Shown in pieces: positions 1-8,551 of a stretch of 19,398 bases of DNA (positions within the stretch are counted from its first letter, which is position 1; each line of letters opens with the position of its first letter). The notes beneath the pieces are model-generated. The model ran no database searches, had not been told where the DNA came from, and was given only the letters and a program-made list of their open reading frames with translations. Position numbers and translations under genes: made by a program. The stretch comes from Myxococcales bacterium (GTDB taxonomy: Bacteria > Myxococcota_A > Polyangia > Polyangiales > Polyangiaceae). The stretch lies in the NCBI GenBank assembly GCA_043747615.1, contig JAYTOU010000045.1:1-19398 (forward strand), given 5' to 3'.

Positions 1-57
1 ATGGCGAAGCCCGCGTGGCGACTGAACGCGTTGAAGACGGCGAAGTGGAGCAACGCG

Positions 58-1632
58 TTGCTCAGGCTACGGGCTTTAAGCGCTGCCGCGACGCTCGGGT
101 TGTCGCTCGGGGCGGTTGCACTCTCGACGAGCGGCTGCGCCGTGAACGAGACCGACGTCCACCGCTGGGAGACCACCGAGCGCGGTCCGGAGAAGCTTTT
201 CGCCGTCGTCACGCACGACAAATACTCATGGCCGCTCCGCACAGAGGCTGCGCTCTCGATGATTCGCATCCGCGCGCGCGGCGGCAAACGCATCGGGATC
301 GAGCTGCTCATAGAATCGCTGGCCTCGCTCGCGCCTGAAGCGCGCTCGAAGATCGTGGCGGGCATGACGCCCGAGCTCATCAAGCAGATGCAGGCGACCC
401 CCCCCGGAAAGAAGCCGGACGGTACGCTTACTCCCGATCCGTCTATTCCTTTCAAGGACGCGGCGTTCGGCATGCTCTCCCACGAGCCCACGCTGGTGAC
501 CGAGGACAAGTCCAACGCCGACATCACCGCCGCCCTTCAGCAGTGGTCACAGACGGATTTCGAAAACCGCATCGACTACAGCTCGCAGCAGCACGGCATC
601 GAGCAAATGATGCGCTTTCTCGGCGCTCCGTCGGTGCGCGCCCTGCCGGGGCTGATGACGGAGAATTCCACGAAGCTCGATCGTATCGCCGGGCTCATCG
701 CGGATTTAGGCGAGCCCGACGTCAAGCTTAAGGCCTCGCAGTCGCTCGTGGCCATCGCCAAGGGAATCGACTCCCCGTCCTGGATCGCGAAGCAGACGCC
801 GCTGGTCGAGGACGCCGACAAACGCGCCGGTCAGAAGGTCACGAAAGAGCAGCTCGCAGAGCAGATCAAAAAATACCAAGACCAAGAGCTGACTCGGATC
901 TTCAGTGCGATGAAGCGGGTCGGCGGCCGTCCGGTGATCGACTACGTGCTCCTCTACGCAGGGCAGAAAGAGAACAACGAAGACCGCCGAAAAGCGGCGC
1001 TCGCTGCCCTCGAAGGCCGCGTGGACAAGAACAACACGGGCGACGTCGAGCGCCTCTTCGAGATCGCCAAAGACGACAACACCCCGGACAGCGTGCGTGG
1101 TCTAGCGTTCGATCGCTTGGGCGAGCTCCCCAAAGAGGTCGTCGTCCCGCGCATGTTCCAGCTCTTCGAGCCGCAGAAAAAATGGAAGGTTCGCTGGGTT
1201 GCCGCGTCGCTGGTCCTCAAGTCGACCAGCACCGGCAAGATCCCCGAGTTCATGCAGCACCTCCCGCGATCTGGCGGAACGAAGATTGGAATGACGGAGC
1301 CGATCTCCTACGGCGCGCTCATTCAGAAGATGGAAAATCCCGGCAGCGAGCCGAAAGCGAAAGACGCGATCGTGCCCTACCTGCAGTCGCGCGAGCTCGG
1401 ACCGAAGCTCGTGGCCCTCGGCTATTTCTATGGGGGAAAAAAATCCGACATTCCGCTCATCGCTCCCCACGGAGACGAGACCATGGCCGTCCCGAAGTGT
1501 GAGAAGGACGACGAGTGCGGCTGGTCGTGCGACGTGCCGAAGCCTGGCTCGCAAGAGAAAGAGTCGAAAGAGGTCCACAGTGTCGGGGAATTCGTGCGGT
1601 TTTGCGTGGTCCCCTCCATGGACCAGCCGTAG
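58..1632 (+). CDS. Putative lipoprotein with alpha-helical HEAT/ARM-like repeats and a small Cys-containing C-terminal domain
   Basis: The ORF is open from 1, but TTG at 58 has GGAG (47-50) 7 nt upstream. That start gives MLRLRALSAAATLGLSLGAVALSTSGC, a signal peptide with a lipobox-like TSGC. HEAT-like helices include RRKAALAALEG, VRGLAFDRLGEL and VRWVAASLVLK, and there are 4 Cys near the C-terminus. Confidence 0.7.
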   Translation: MLRLRALSAAATLGLSLGAVALSTSGCAVNETDVHRWETTERGPEKLFAVVTHDKYSWPLRTEAALSMIRIRARGGKRIGIELLIESLASLAPEARSKIVAGMTPELIKQMQATPPGKKPDGTLTPDPSIPFKDAAFGMLSHEPTLVTEDKSNADITAALQQWSQTDFENRIDYSSQQHGIEQMMRFLGAPSVRALPGLMTENSTKLDRIAGLIADLGEPDVKLKASQSLVAIAKGIDSPSWIAKQTPLVEDADKRAGQKVTKEQLAEQIKKYQDQELTRIFSAMKRVGGRPVIDYVLLYAGQKENNEDRRKAALAALEGRVDKNNTGDVERLFEIAKDDNTPDSVRGLAFDRLGELPKEVVVPRMFQLFEPQKKWKVRWVAASLVLKSTSTGKIPEFMQHLPRSGGTKIGMTEPISYGALIQKMENPGSEPKAKDAIVPYLQSRELGPKLVALGYFYGGKKSDIPLIAPHGDETMAVPKCEKDDECGWSCDVPKPGSQEKESKEVHSVGEFVRFCVVPSMDQP

Positions 1633-1711
1633 ACAGCGTGTAACGAAGCGCAGATCCTGTGCTTTTTTCGCCTTTCCCAGTAATTTGAAATTCCAAGGTG
1701 CCTGCTAGCAA

Positions 1712-2581
1712 ATGAGCTCGGATCCCAACAAGAAGAGCGCACGAAGCTTCCAGTGCCGCGATGTCCTCTGGGAGACATTCGAGCAGATGGCGCGCGAGCT
1801 CGAGTGCAGCGTGGACTACCTCATCAACGAGGCCATGAAGCAGTACGCCCGCCAGCGAAGCTACGGCACCTCGCGCACGCCTTTTCCCGGAAATGTGCGG
1901 GGCGAGGGTTCTGTGCCGCCGCCGAGCGTTGCTCCCCCGCGCGAGCAGGCGCGCGACCGCGACTACGGAGCCCCGATTCCGCCGCCGCCCGCGTCGATGC
2001 GAGGAGGCCCTCTTCCTCCTCCGCCGTCGCGTGCGCCGGCTCGTGGTGGCAACCCTCTTCCCCCTCCGCCCTCACGCGGCGGTGGTGGTGGTATGGCGAG
2101 CGGTGGCGGAGGCGGAATGCACGGCCTGCCCGCCCCTCCTCGCGGTGGAGGCGGTATGCCTCCGCAGGCTCGATCGGTCCCGCCGCCTGCACCACGCAGC
2201 GTCCCGCCGCCGCTTCCGCGTGGAGGCCCGCCGCCCGTTCCGGCGAACATGGGCTCGGCGATGCCGTCCAACGGTGGCTACTCCCCCGCTGCGCAATCCT
2301 CCTCCCAGCTCAACGTCGTCTACCAGGGCGAAAAAGTCGCCGTCACCAAAGATCGTTTCGTCATCGGCCGCGGAAAGCAGTCGAGCGATCTCACGCTGAA
2401 GGATCCGAACGTCTCGCGGCAGCACGCGATGATCGAGTTTCAGAACGGCGTGTATTTCATGGTCGACATGGGCTCGACGAACGGTGTCGAGTTCAACGGC
2501 CAGCGCATTGCGCGAAAACAAATTGCCGAAGGTGACATCTTCCGCATTTGCGATCACGACCTGCGATTTACATACCGCTAA
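1712..2581 (+). CDS. FHA domain protein with N-terminal ribbon-helix-helix-like domain and Pro/Gly-rich linker
   Basis: C-terminal FHA motifs IGRG, VSRQHA and DMGSTNG. The N-terminal ARSFQCRDVLWETFEQMARELECSVDYLINEAMKQY fits the RHH strand-helix-helix pattern. The central ~140 aa is low complexity. Confidence 0.85.
   Translation: MSSDPNKKSARSFQCRDVLWETFEQMARELECSVDYLINEAMKQYARQRSYGTSRTPFPGNVRGEGSVPPPSVAPPREQARDRDYGAPIPPPPASMRGGPLPPPPSRAPARGGNPLPPPPSRGGGGGMASGGGGGMHGLPAPPRGGGGMPPQARSVPPPAPRSVPPPLPRGGPPPVPANMGSAMPSNGGYSPAAQSSSQLNVVYQGEKVAVTKDRFVIGRGKQSSDLTLKDPNVSRQHAMIEFQNGVYFMVDMGSTNGVEFNGQRIARKQIAEGDIFRICDHDLRFTYR
1910..2245 (+). repeat. Coding low-complexity repeat (PPPP[AS]RG[G]-like units)
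   Basis: Degenerate repeated units within the FHA gene: PIPPPPASMRGG, PLPPPPSRAP, PLPPPPSRGG, PAPPRGG, SVPPPAPR, SVPPPLPRGG. Confidence 0.75.
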
Positions 2582-2590
2582 GTTCGGGGA

Positions 2591-3715
2591 ATGGCGCGCC
2601 CCGATCTTCGCCCGATGCACGCCCTACCCGTGCTGGAGTCGCGACGCGCAGCGCTCGAAAACTGCGTCTTCTGCCCGAAGCTTTGCCGAAGCGCGTGCCC
2701 CGTCTCGAACGCCGAGCCGAAAGAGACTCTGACCCCGTGGGGGAAGATGTCGATGACGTACTTCGCGGCGCGTGGAGACGTACCCATGGAACCGAGCTAC
2801 GCGGCTCCCGCCTGGGCCTGCACCGGTTGCTACGGATGCCGCGAATCGTGCGACCACAAGAACGACGTCACCGGAACGTTGTACGACGCACGCACCGAGC
2901 TGGTGAGCTCGAAGGTGGCACCGCGCGGGGCCGTCGAGACCATCTCCGGTTTCGCCGCACACGACGCGGCCACCCGCGCCGACGTGCACGCGCTCGGTGA
3001 AAACACGGCAGGCGTGCGCTCCGACTCGCGGACCAAGCTCCTCATCGGCTGCGGTTACGCGCGCAAGGCAAAGGGCGAAGCGAAGGATGCGATTCGCGCA
3101 GCCGCGGGCGTCGGCGGCGAAGACGTGGCGCTCGTCGAGGGGTGCTGCGGTTTGCCGCTCTTCATGGCGGGAGACAAAGAAGGGTTCGCGCGGAAGGCCG
3201 CGTCGTTCGCCGAAGAGACCCGCGGCGCCGAGAAGATCATGGTGGTGGACGCCGGATGCGCCATGACCCTCAAGCGTCACTACGCGTCGGTCGGTGTTCG
3301 TCTCGACGGCCAAGTGGAGGTCGTCGTCGAGCGCGCGGCGCAGGAGCTCGTCCGCCTCGAAGGCGCACCCAGCGGAAGCACGAAGGTTCGCTACCACGAT
3401 CCTTGTCAGCTCGGACGCGGCCTCGGGATTTACGACGCACCTCGCGCCGTTCTCACCCGCATCCTTGGCCGTGCGCCCGACGAGTTCGACACCCGCCGCG
3501 AGAAAGCAGCGTGCGCGGGCGCGGGCGGCCTGCTCCCGGTGACGATGCCGGACGTCGCGCGCACCATTGCTCGAACCCGGAACGACGAGCACTACCGCAA
3601 CGGCGGCGGAAGGATCGTCACCGCGTGCGCGTCTAGCCTGCGTGCGCTCCGCAAAGACAATCCCTCGCCGGTGGACGACATCGTGACCTGGATCGCGCGC
3701 GCGGTCAGAACGTAA
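2591..3715 (+). CDS. (Fe-S)-binding oxidoreductase subunit, GlpC/HdrD-like (4Fe-4S dicluster plus two CCG domains)
   Basis: Ferredoxin-type motifs CVFCPKLCRSACP and CTGCYGCRESC. CCG-domain motifs GCGY...GCCG...DAGC and YHDPCQLGR...CAGAGG...TACAS. Confidence 0.85.
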   Translation: MARPDLRPMHALPVLESRRAALENCVFCPKLCRSACPVSNAEPKETLTPWGKMSMTYFAARGDVPMEPSYAAPAWACTGCYGCRESCDHKNDVTGTLYDARTELVSSKVAPRGAVETISGFAAHDAATRADVHALGENTAGVRSDSRTKLLIGCGYARKAKGEAKDAIRAAAGVGGEDVALVEGCCGLPLFMAGDKEGFARKAASFAEETRGAEKIMVVDAGCAMTLKRHYASVGVRLDGQVEVVVERAAQELVRLEGAPSGSTKVRYHDPCQLGRGLGIYDAPRAVLTRILGRAPDEFDTRREKAACAGAGGLLPVTMPDVARTIARTRNDEHYRNGGGRIVTACASSLRALRKDNPSPVDDIVTWIARAVRT

Positions 3716-5311
3716 GTGAGCGCGCCTTCGAAAAGAGACGGAGGCGCGTCGCGGCAAACGATCGCCACGCGCATTCTCGCTTCGTTCGCGGTGACCGTCG
3801 TGGCCTTCGCTGTGACCGTGGGCTGGAGCGTCGTCGCCCAGCGGCGCACGGCAAAGGACAGCGAGGAGCTCTCAAAAGGGTACGTGCCGTTGGCGCTCAA
3901 GCTCGGACAGCTTCGCGCGACGCAATCGACGCTCTCGACGCTCGTGGACGGCATTCCCGACGAGCGAAATCCGCTCTCTACGCGGCTCCTCCTGGAGACG
4001 CTCGTGAGTGTGAGGCGGGCGAAGTTTCTGGAAACCCGGGCTGCCATAGAGACGGGACTCGCGCAGGTGGGCACGCCGGACTCGCGTGAGCTCGCCCGCT
4101 CGCTGTCGACGGAGTTGTCGCGCGGAGAAGCCGCGCTCGCCGCGGACAAAGCGGGTTTCGAGCATCTTTTCTCGGCGATCGATGGCGGGGACAAGGATTC
4201 GGTAAACCGGGTTCTCGTCACGCTCGGCGCGGTGGAGCATGACGCCGACCATCGTCTTCATCTCCTGTCCGACAAGGTCGCGAGCTCCATGGACGCGATC
4301 AGCGAAGATGCACACAAGCGCGAGCTGCGGGCGATCTACGCGCTCGTCATCTTGGCGTCGCTCACTCTTGGCGTCGGCGTCGCGGTCTCCATTCATACCC
4401 GACGCCTACTTGCGCCGCTCGCGCGCGTCACCGAACGCGCCCAGGCCGTGGCGCGCGGAGATCTTACGGCACGCGAAGTGGTCCCAACGCGCGATGAGAT
4501 CGGCGAGCTTGCGACGGCCTTCGAGCAAATGGTCGCTGCCGTTTCGAGCGCGCAGAGTCAGGCGCTCTCGAACGAGCGACTTGCCGCCATCGGAAAAATG
4601 GCCGCGCACGTCACCCACGAAATTCGAAATCCGCTCTCGTCGATCGGGCTGAACATCGAGCTCCTGGAAGAAGAGCTCTCGTCGCCGGGGCCGGAGGTGC
4701 GCACCGAGTCGCGCGCGCTCCTCAAGTCCATCTCGCGCGAAGTGGAGCGGCTCGAGCTTCTCAGTGAAGAATATTTGCGCTTGGCGCGCCTCCCGTCGCC
4801 CCGCATGGAGGCAGAGGACATTCGCACTGCCGTCCGAGAAATCGTGGACTTTGCGCGACCCGAAATCGAGCGCGCAGGGTGCACCGTGGAGCTGCACATT
4901 TCGCCCGAGCTTCCGCCCGCGCTCTTCGACGAGTCGCAGATTCGTCAGGCTCTCCTCAACCTTCTGCGCAATGCGCGCGAAGCCATGCCCAAGGGCGGGG
5001 CGATCGACGTGCGCGTGGACGCCGAAGGAATGAGTGTCGCCGTGAGCGTGGAGGATCGCGGCGGTGGCATCCCCGAAGAAATCCGCAGCCGCGTGTTCGA
5101 TCCGTTCTTCTCCACCAAGGGCGAGGGCACCGGGCTCGGCCTGGCTATTACCCTGCAGATCGTCGCGGCCCACGGAGGCGTCGTCACCTGCGAAGCGCGC
5201 GAAGGCGGCGGCACGGCGTTTCGAATCGCTCTTCCCATCGCACCGGCACGCGCATCGGCGCTGCCCCATTCGGCTCCTTCGTCGAGGGGGCGGGTCTTGG
5301 GGGCGCGCTGA
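3716..5311 (+). CDS. Membrane sensor histidine kinase (2 TM, periplasmic helical domain, HAMP, HisKA, HATPase)
   Basis: Two hydrophobic segments, HAMP (PLARV...RDEIGELATAFEQM), H-box HEIRNPL, N-box NLLRNA, DRGGG, FDPFFSTK and GTGLGL. Confidence 0.92.
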   Translation: MSAPSKRDGGASRQTIATRILASFAVTVVAFAVTVGWSVVAQRRTAKDSEELSKGYVPLALKLGQLRATQSTLSTLVDGIPDERNPLSTRLLLETLVSVRRAKFLETRAAIETGLAQVGTPDSRELARSLSTELSRGEAALAADKAGFEHLFSAIDGGDKDSVNRVLVTLGAVEHDADHRLHLLSDKVASSMDAISEDAHKRELRAIYALVILASLTLGVGVAVSIHTRRLLAPLARVTERAQAVARGDLTAREVVPTRDEIGELATAFEQMVAAVSSAQSQALSNERLAAIGKMAAHVTHEIRNPLSSIGLNIELLEEELSSPGPEVRTESRALLKSISREVERLELLSEEYLRLARLPSPRMEAEDIRTAVREIVDFARPEIERAGCTVELHISPELPPALFDESQIRQALLNLLRNAREAMPKGGAIDVRVDAEGMSVAVSVEDRGGGIPEEIRSRVFDPFFSTKGEGTGLGLAITLQIVAAHGGVVTCEAREGGGTAFRIALPIAPARASALPHSAPSSRGRVLGAR

Positions 5312-5315
5312 GGCC

Positions 5316-5325
5316 GTGGTACGTC
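5316..5325 (+). promoter_or_regulatory. Possible extended -10 element upstream of rph
   Basis: GTGGTACGTC ends 7 nt before the rph ATG and there is no SD. It is nearly identical to GTGGTATGTC upstream of the tRNA. Confidence 0.35.
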
Positions 5326-5332
5326 GCCTTCA

Positions 5333-6097
5333 ATGGCTCGACCCGATTCACGCATGCTCGATGCGCTACGCCCCGTTGAAATGCTCTGCGGTTTCCACCG
5401 CCCGTCGGAGGGCTCAGTCCTCTACCGTGCAGGGGGCACCGTCGTTCTGTGCACGGCGTCGATCGAGGCGAAAGTGCCTCCTTTTCTCGAAGGAAAAGGC
5501 AAAGGCTGGATCACCGCCGAATACCAGATGCATCCCCGGGCCAATCCACCGAAGCGCGAAAGTCGCGATGGTCGGAGCAAACCGCTCGGCGGGCGAACGC
5601 AGGAAATTCAACGCCTGATCGGTCGGGCGCTCCGAGCCGCCGTGTCGCTCCAGGATCTCGGGGAACGAACCGTCACCATCGACTGCGACGTCCTCGAAGC
5701 GGACGGCGGAACGCGGACGGCGTCAGTGACCGGCGGCTTCGTCGCGCTCGCCCTCGCCGTTGCGAAGCTCACGAAGTCGGGCGCTATCAGCCGGCCGGTC
5801 CTCAAGGGTGCCGTCGCCGCGACGAGCGTCGGCTACCTGAAAGACGAATCGGTCGCTCTCGACCTTTGCTACCTCGAGGACTCGAAGGCCGAAGTAGATC
5901 TCAACGTCGTCGCCACGGCGTCGGGCGACATCGTCGAAGTGCAAGGCACGGCTGAGGGAGATCCGATCGCCCGCGCGCGCATGGATCAGATGCTTGATTT
6001 GGCTCTGAAGGGCATCGCTATGTTGGTGAACGTTCAGCGCGAGACACTCGTCAAAGTGGGCGTCGATCTCGATACGCTCATCGTGAAAAAGAAGTGA
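5333..6097 (+). CDS. rph: Ribonuclease PH
   Basis: Motifs RPDSR...LRPV, GWITAEY, GRTQEIQRLIGRALRA, DCDVLEADGGTRTAS, LDLCYLEDS and EVQGTAE. Adjacent to rdgB. Confidence 0.97.
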   Translation: MARPDSRMLDALRPVEMLCGFHRPSEGSVLYRAGGTVVLCTASIEAKVPPFLEGKGKGWITAEYQMHPRANPPKRESRDGRSKPLGGRTQEIQRLIGRALRAAVSLQDLGERTVTIDCDVLEADGGTRTASVTGGFVALALAVAKLTKSGAISRPVLKGAVAATSVGYLKDESVALDLCYLEDSKAEVDLNVVATASGDIVEVQGTAEGDPIARARMDQMLDLALKGIAMLVNVQRETLVKVGVDLDTLIVKKK

Positions 6098-6810
6098 AGC
6101 ACACGCTCGTCGTCGCGAGCTCCAATCGCGGCAAGCTCGACGAGCTTCGCGTTCTGCTCGCCGAGCTGCCCCTCGAGGTGTACGCCCTCGACGAGATGAC
6201 GAAGGTCCCCGTCATCATCGTGGAGGACGGTGCCACGTTCACCGATAACGCCATCAAAAAGGCGCGCGCAGCTGCCGAAGTCACCATGGCCCTCTCGCTC
6301 GGCGACGACTCGGGCCTCGAGGTCGACGCGCTCGAAGGGCGCCCAGGGGTGCTCTCCGCACGCTTTGCGCACGAGCGTGCGACCGACGCCGAGAACAACG
6401 ATGCGCTGCACCGAGCCCTCGACGCGCTCGGCGATCCCGACGGCTCGCCCTCGACGCTCCGTGGTCGAGACGAGACGCACGAAGCTCCTCCGAAGAGCGC
6501 CGCGGACCCGGTCACGTATGCGGCGCGCTTTCATTGCGTGCTCGCGCTCGTAGACCCCTACGCAGAGGACGACGCCCCCATCGTGGCCCATGGAACGTGC
6601 GAAGGAAGGGTGACGCGTACCGCGCGCGGGTCGAGCGGCTTCGGGTACGATCCCATGTTCGTCGTCGACGGCACCAACAAGACGATGGCCGAGCTCACGG
6701 CAGAGGAAAAAAACGCGATCAGCCACCGCGCCCGCGCCTTCCGAGCCCTCGTGCCTCGCTTGAAAGAAATCATCGCCGCCCGCGAAGCGCTCATCGCGAA
6801 GCTCGCCTAG
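6094..6810 (+). CDS. rdgB: Non-canonical purine NTP pyrophosphatase (RdgB/HAM1)
   Basis: Motifs SSNRGK, EDGATFTDNAIKKA, DDSGLEVDALEGRPGVLSARF, GFGYDPMF and EKNAISHR. GTGA overlap with rph. Confidence 0.95.
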   Translation: MKHTLVVASSNRGKLDELRVLLAELPLEVYALDEMTKVPVIIVEDGATFTDNAIKKARAAAEVTMALSLGDDSGLEVDALEGRPGVLSARFAHERATDAENNDALHRALDALGDPDGSPSTLRGRDETHEAPPKSAADPVTYAARFHCVLALVDPYAEDDAPIVAHGTCEGRVTRTARGSSGFGYDPMFVVDGTNKTMAELTAEEKNAISHRARAFRALVPRLKEIIAAREALIAKLA

Positions 6811-6822
6811 AACCTTGCGCGG

Positions 6823-7698
6823 TTACTTTCCGAAGAAATCGAAGTGGGCTCCGCAGCCGAGTCCGAGGATCAAGTAGCCGCGCTGCGCGTTGATGTTCTG
6901 GCCATTTTGGTAGGTCGGGTGGGTGAGCCCGTCGCCCTGGTTCGGCGCGTAGGTGACGGAGCCGCTCGTGTCGGTCATCGTTCCGCCCGAGAGCTGGGCC
7001 ATCGGTGAGATGACGAAGAGCGTCGAGATCCGGATCTCGGCGCCGAGGCCAAGGCGAAAAATTTCGAGCCCGGACATCTTGTACGTCTCGGAGCCGTTCG
7101 AGACTGTGACGGTGCGCACGCCGACGGAGAGCTCGGAGAGGAAGCCTGCGCTGTCGACGTCCCCTGCGGTGTAGCGAAATCCGACGCCGTAAAGATCGCT
7201 CGACGCGGTGGCGCCCGTTCCTGCGAAGCGATGCCCTTTGCCGACGAACCCGTGCTCGAGAAAGACGTAGGGCGTGTAGCGTTTGCCGAGGCGAGCGCCG
7301 ACGTCGATCTCCGCCGCGAGCCCATTTCCTAGAAAATTTCCCGAAGTTTCTGGCTGGCCGAGCTCGTTGTCAAAGAACGAATTGCCGAAGCCGAGGACGC
7401 CAAGCCGAGCGCCCGTCCACAAAGAAAATTTCGGCGCGTGCGTCTCCACGGGGGGCTCGACGTAATATCTCGGAGCGGGTGCGGCGCTCGGCGCGTACTG
7501 CTGCGCTCCGTAGCCAGGAGGCGGGTAGCTTTCCTCGGGCGCGTACACGGGCGGGGGCGGCTGCGCGGGAGGCTGCGCCGGGGGCGGGGACGAGCTTTGA
7601 TCCGTCGGAAGAGCCGGGAGCGGACCCTGTGCGAGGACGATGGTCGGAGCTAGGGAAACCGATGCTGCCGCTATGATCCCCGCAATTCGACTAAGCAT
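6823..7698 (-). CDS. Secreted protein, probable outer-membrane beta-barrel with Pro-rich N-terminal linker
   Basis: Signal peptide MLSRIAG...IVLA|Q, then a Pro/Tyr-rich linker and alternating amphipathic strands (EIDVGARL, YGVGFRY, RLGLGAEIRI). The C-terminal strand is GAHFDFFGK. ATG 7698 is preferred over 7716. Confidence 0.7.
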   Translation of the reverse strand: MLSRIAGIIAAASVSLAPTIVLAQGPLPALPTDQSSSPPPAQPPAQPPPPVYAPEESYPPPGYGAQQYAPSAAPAPRYYVEPPVETHAPKFSLWTGARLGVLGFGNSFFDNELGQPETSGNFLGNGLAAEIDVGARLGKRYTPYVFLEHGFVGKGHRFAGTGATASSDLYGVGFRYTAGDVDSAGFLSELSVGVRTVTVSNGSETYKMSGLEIFRLGLGAEIRISTLFVISPMAQLSGGTMTDTSGSVTYAPNQGDGLTHPTYQNGQNINAQRGYLILGLGCGAHFDFFGK

Positions 7699-7732
7699 GG
7701 GCCCATGATAGGGCATCCGCCGCGATGATGGA

Positions 7733-8083
7733 GTGCACGAAAAACCTATGAAGCCTTGGCGCGCAGTCGGGCGTTACGGCTCAGTCGGAATCGAATTCGT
7801 AGCGACCGTGGGTGTCGGATATTTCGCAGGGCGCTGGCTCGACCGCCGCTTCGACGCCCATGGATGGCTGATCGGGCTCGGCCTCCTCGTCGGCACTTAC
7901 GCGGCGTTTCGACTGCTCTTCAAGCTCTCCAGCCAGATGACCCGCGACATCGAGCGCGAGGAGCGGGAGGAGCGGGGCCCAAGGCCTTGGCGGGGCGAAG
8001 GCTCGGCCCCATCGTCGAGGGCGGAACCGGAGGATGATGACGACGGCGACGACGACCAGAGCGATGGCGACCGGGCAAACTAA
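7733..8083 (+). CDS. AtpZ/AtpI family (ATPase_gene1) small membrane protein
   Basis: GIEFVATVGVGYFAGRWLDRRF...WLIGLGLLVG is typical of ATPase_gene1 (G-x2-LD-x2-F). It is the first gene of the Fo cluster. Alternative start ATG 7748. Confidence 0.85.
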   Translation: MHEKPMKPWRAVGRYGSVGIEFVATVGVGYFAGRWLDRRFDAHGWLIGLGLLVGTYAAFRLLFKLSSQMTRDIEREEREERGPRPWRGEGSAPSSRAEPEDDDDGDDDQSDGDRAN

Positions 8084-8462
8084 GCCTGTCGACGATCGCC
8101 TTCTCGTCGCGGTGCTCACCGTCGGCTCCGTCGCCATCGTGATCGCCGGCCTCGTCGCCTGGCGATTCGGAGTGCGCGCAGGAATTTCGGCGCTCACCGG
8201 TGGAGGCCTCGCCACGCTGAATCTCGAGCTGCTCGCCCGCAGCGTCGGCCGTGTCCTCGCGGACGACAAAGACGTGCGCGCCAAAAAAAGCGCTCTACGC
8301 GGCTTCGCGGCCCTCTGTCGGCTCCTCGCTCTTTACGGCGTCGTCACCTTTCTCCTGGTCGAACATTGGGTCGATCCGATGCCCTTCGGGGTGGGCTACC
8401 TCTCCCTGCCCGTAGGAATCGTCATTGCGTCCCTTTTGAGCGATCGCAAAAAAGCCGATTGA
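8064..8462 (+). CDS. atpI: ATP synthase subunit I (4-TM)
   Basis: Four hydrophobic helices with GGGLATLN and a DPMPFGVG motif, directly upstream of atpB. Start placed at ATG 8064 (ORF open from 8034). Confidence 0.75.
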   Translation: MATGQTKPVDDRLLVAVLTVGSVAIVIAGLVAWRFGVRAGISALTGGGLATLNLELLARSVGRVLADDKDVRAKKSALRGFAALCRLLALYGVVTFLLVEHWVDPMPFGVGYLSLPVGIVIASLLSDRKKAD

Positions 8463-8551
8463 GGCGACCCTCCTTCACTTCGTCCGTCACTCCAAGCCGA
8501 TTAGAACTGAATTTTTAGCCGTATTGGTGTAGACGCTTCGAAAGCACGACC

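Noticed and set aside
1910..2245. Repeats as a CRISPR array or DNA-level tandem repeat
   Set aside because: The units are degenerate at nucleotide level and reflect Pro/Gly codons. No repeat-spacer structure is visible anywhere in the window.
2624..3757. 377-aa minus-strand ORF
   Set aside because: Shadow of the well-supported Fe-S gene, with Arg/Ala-rich, non-protein-like composition.
5333..6810. Functional link between rph and the CCA-less tRNA or integrated element
   Set aside because: rph-rdgB is a widespread housekeeping pair 11 kb away, so the proximity is not informative.
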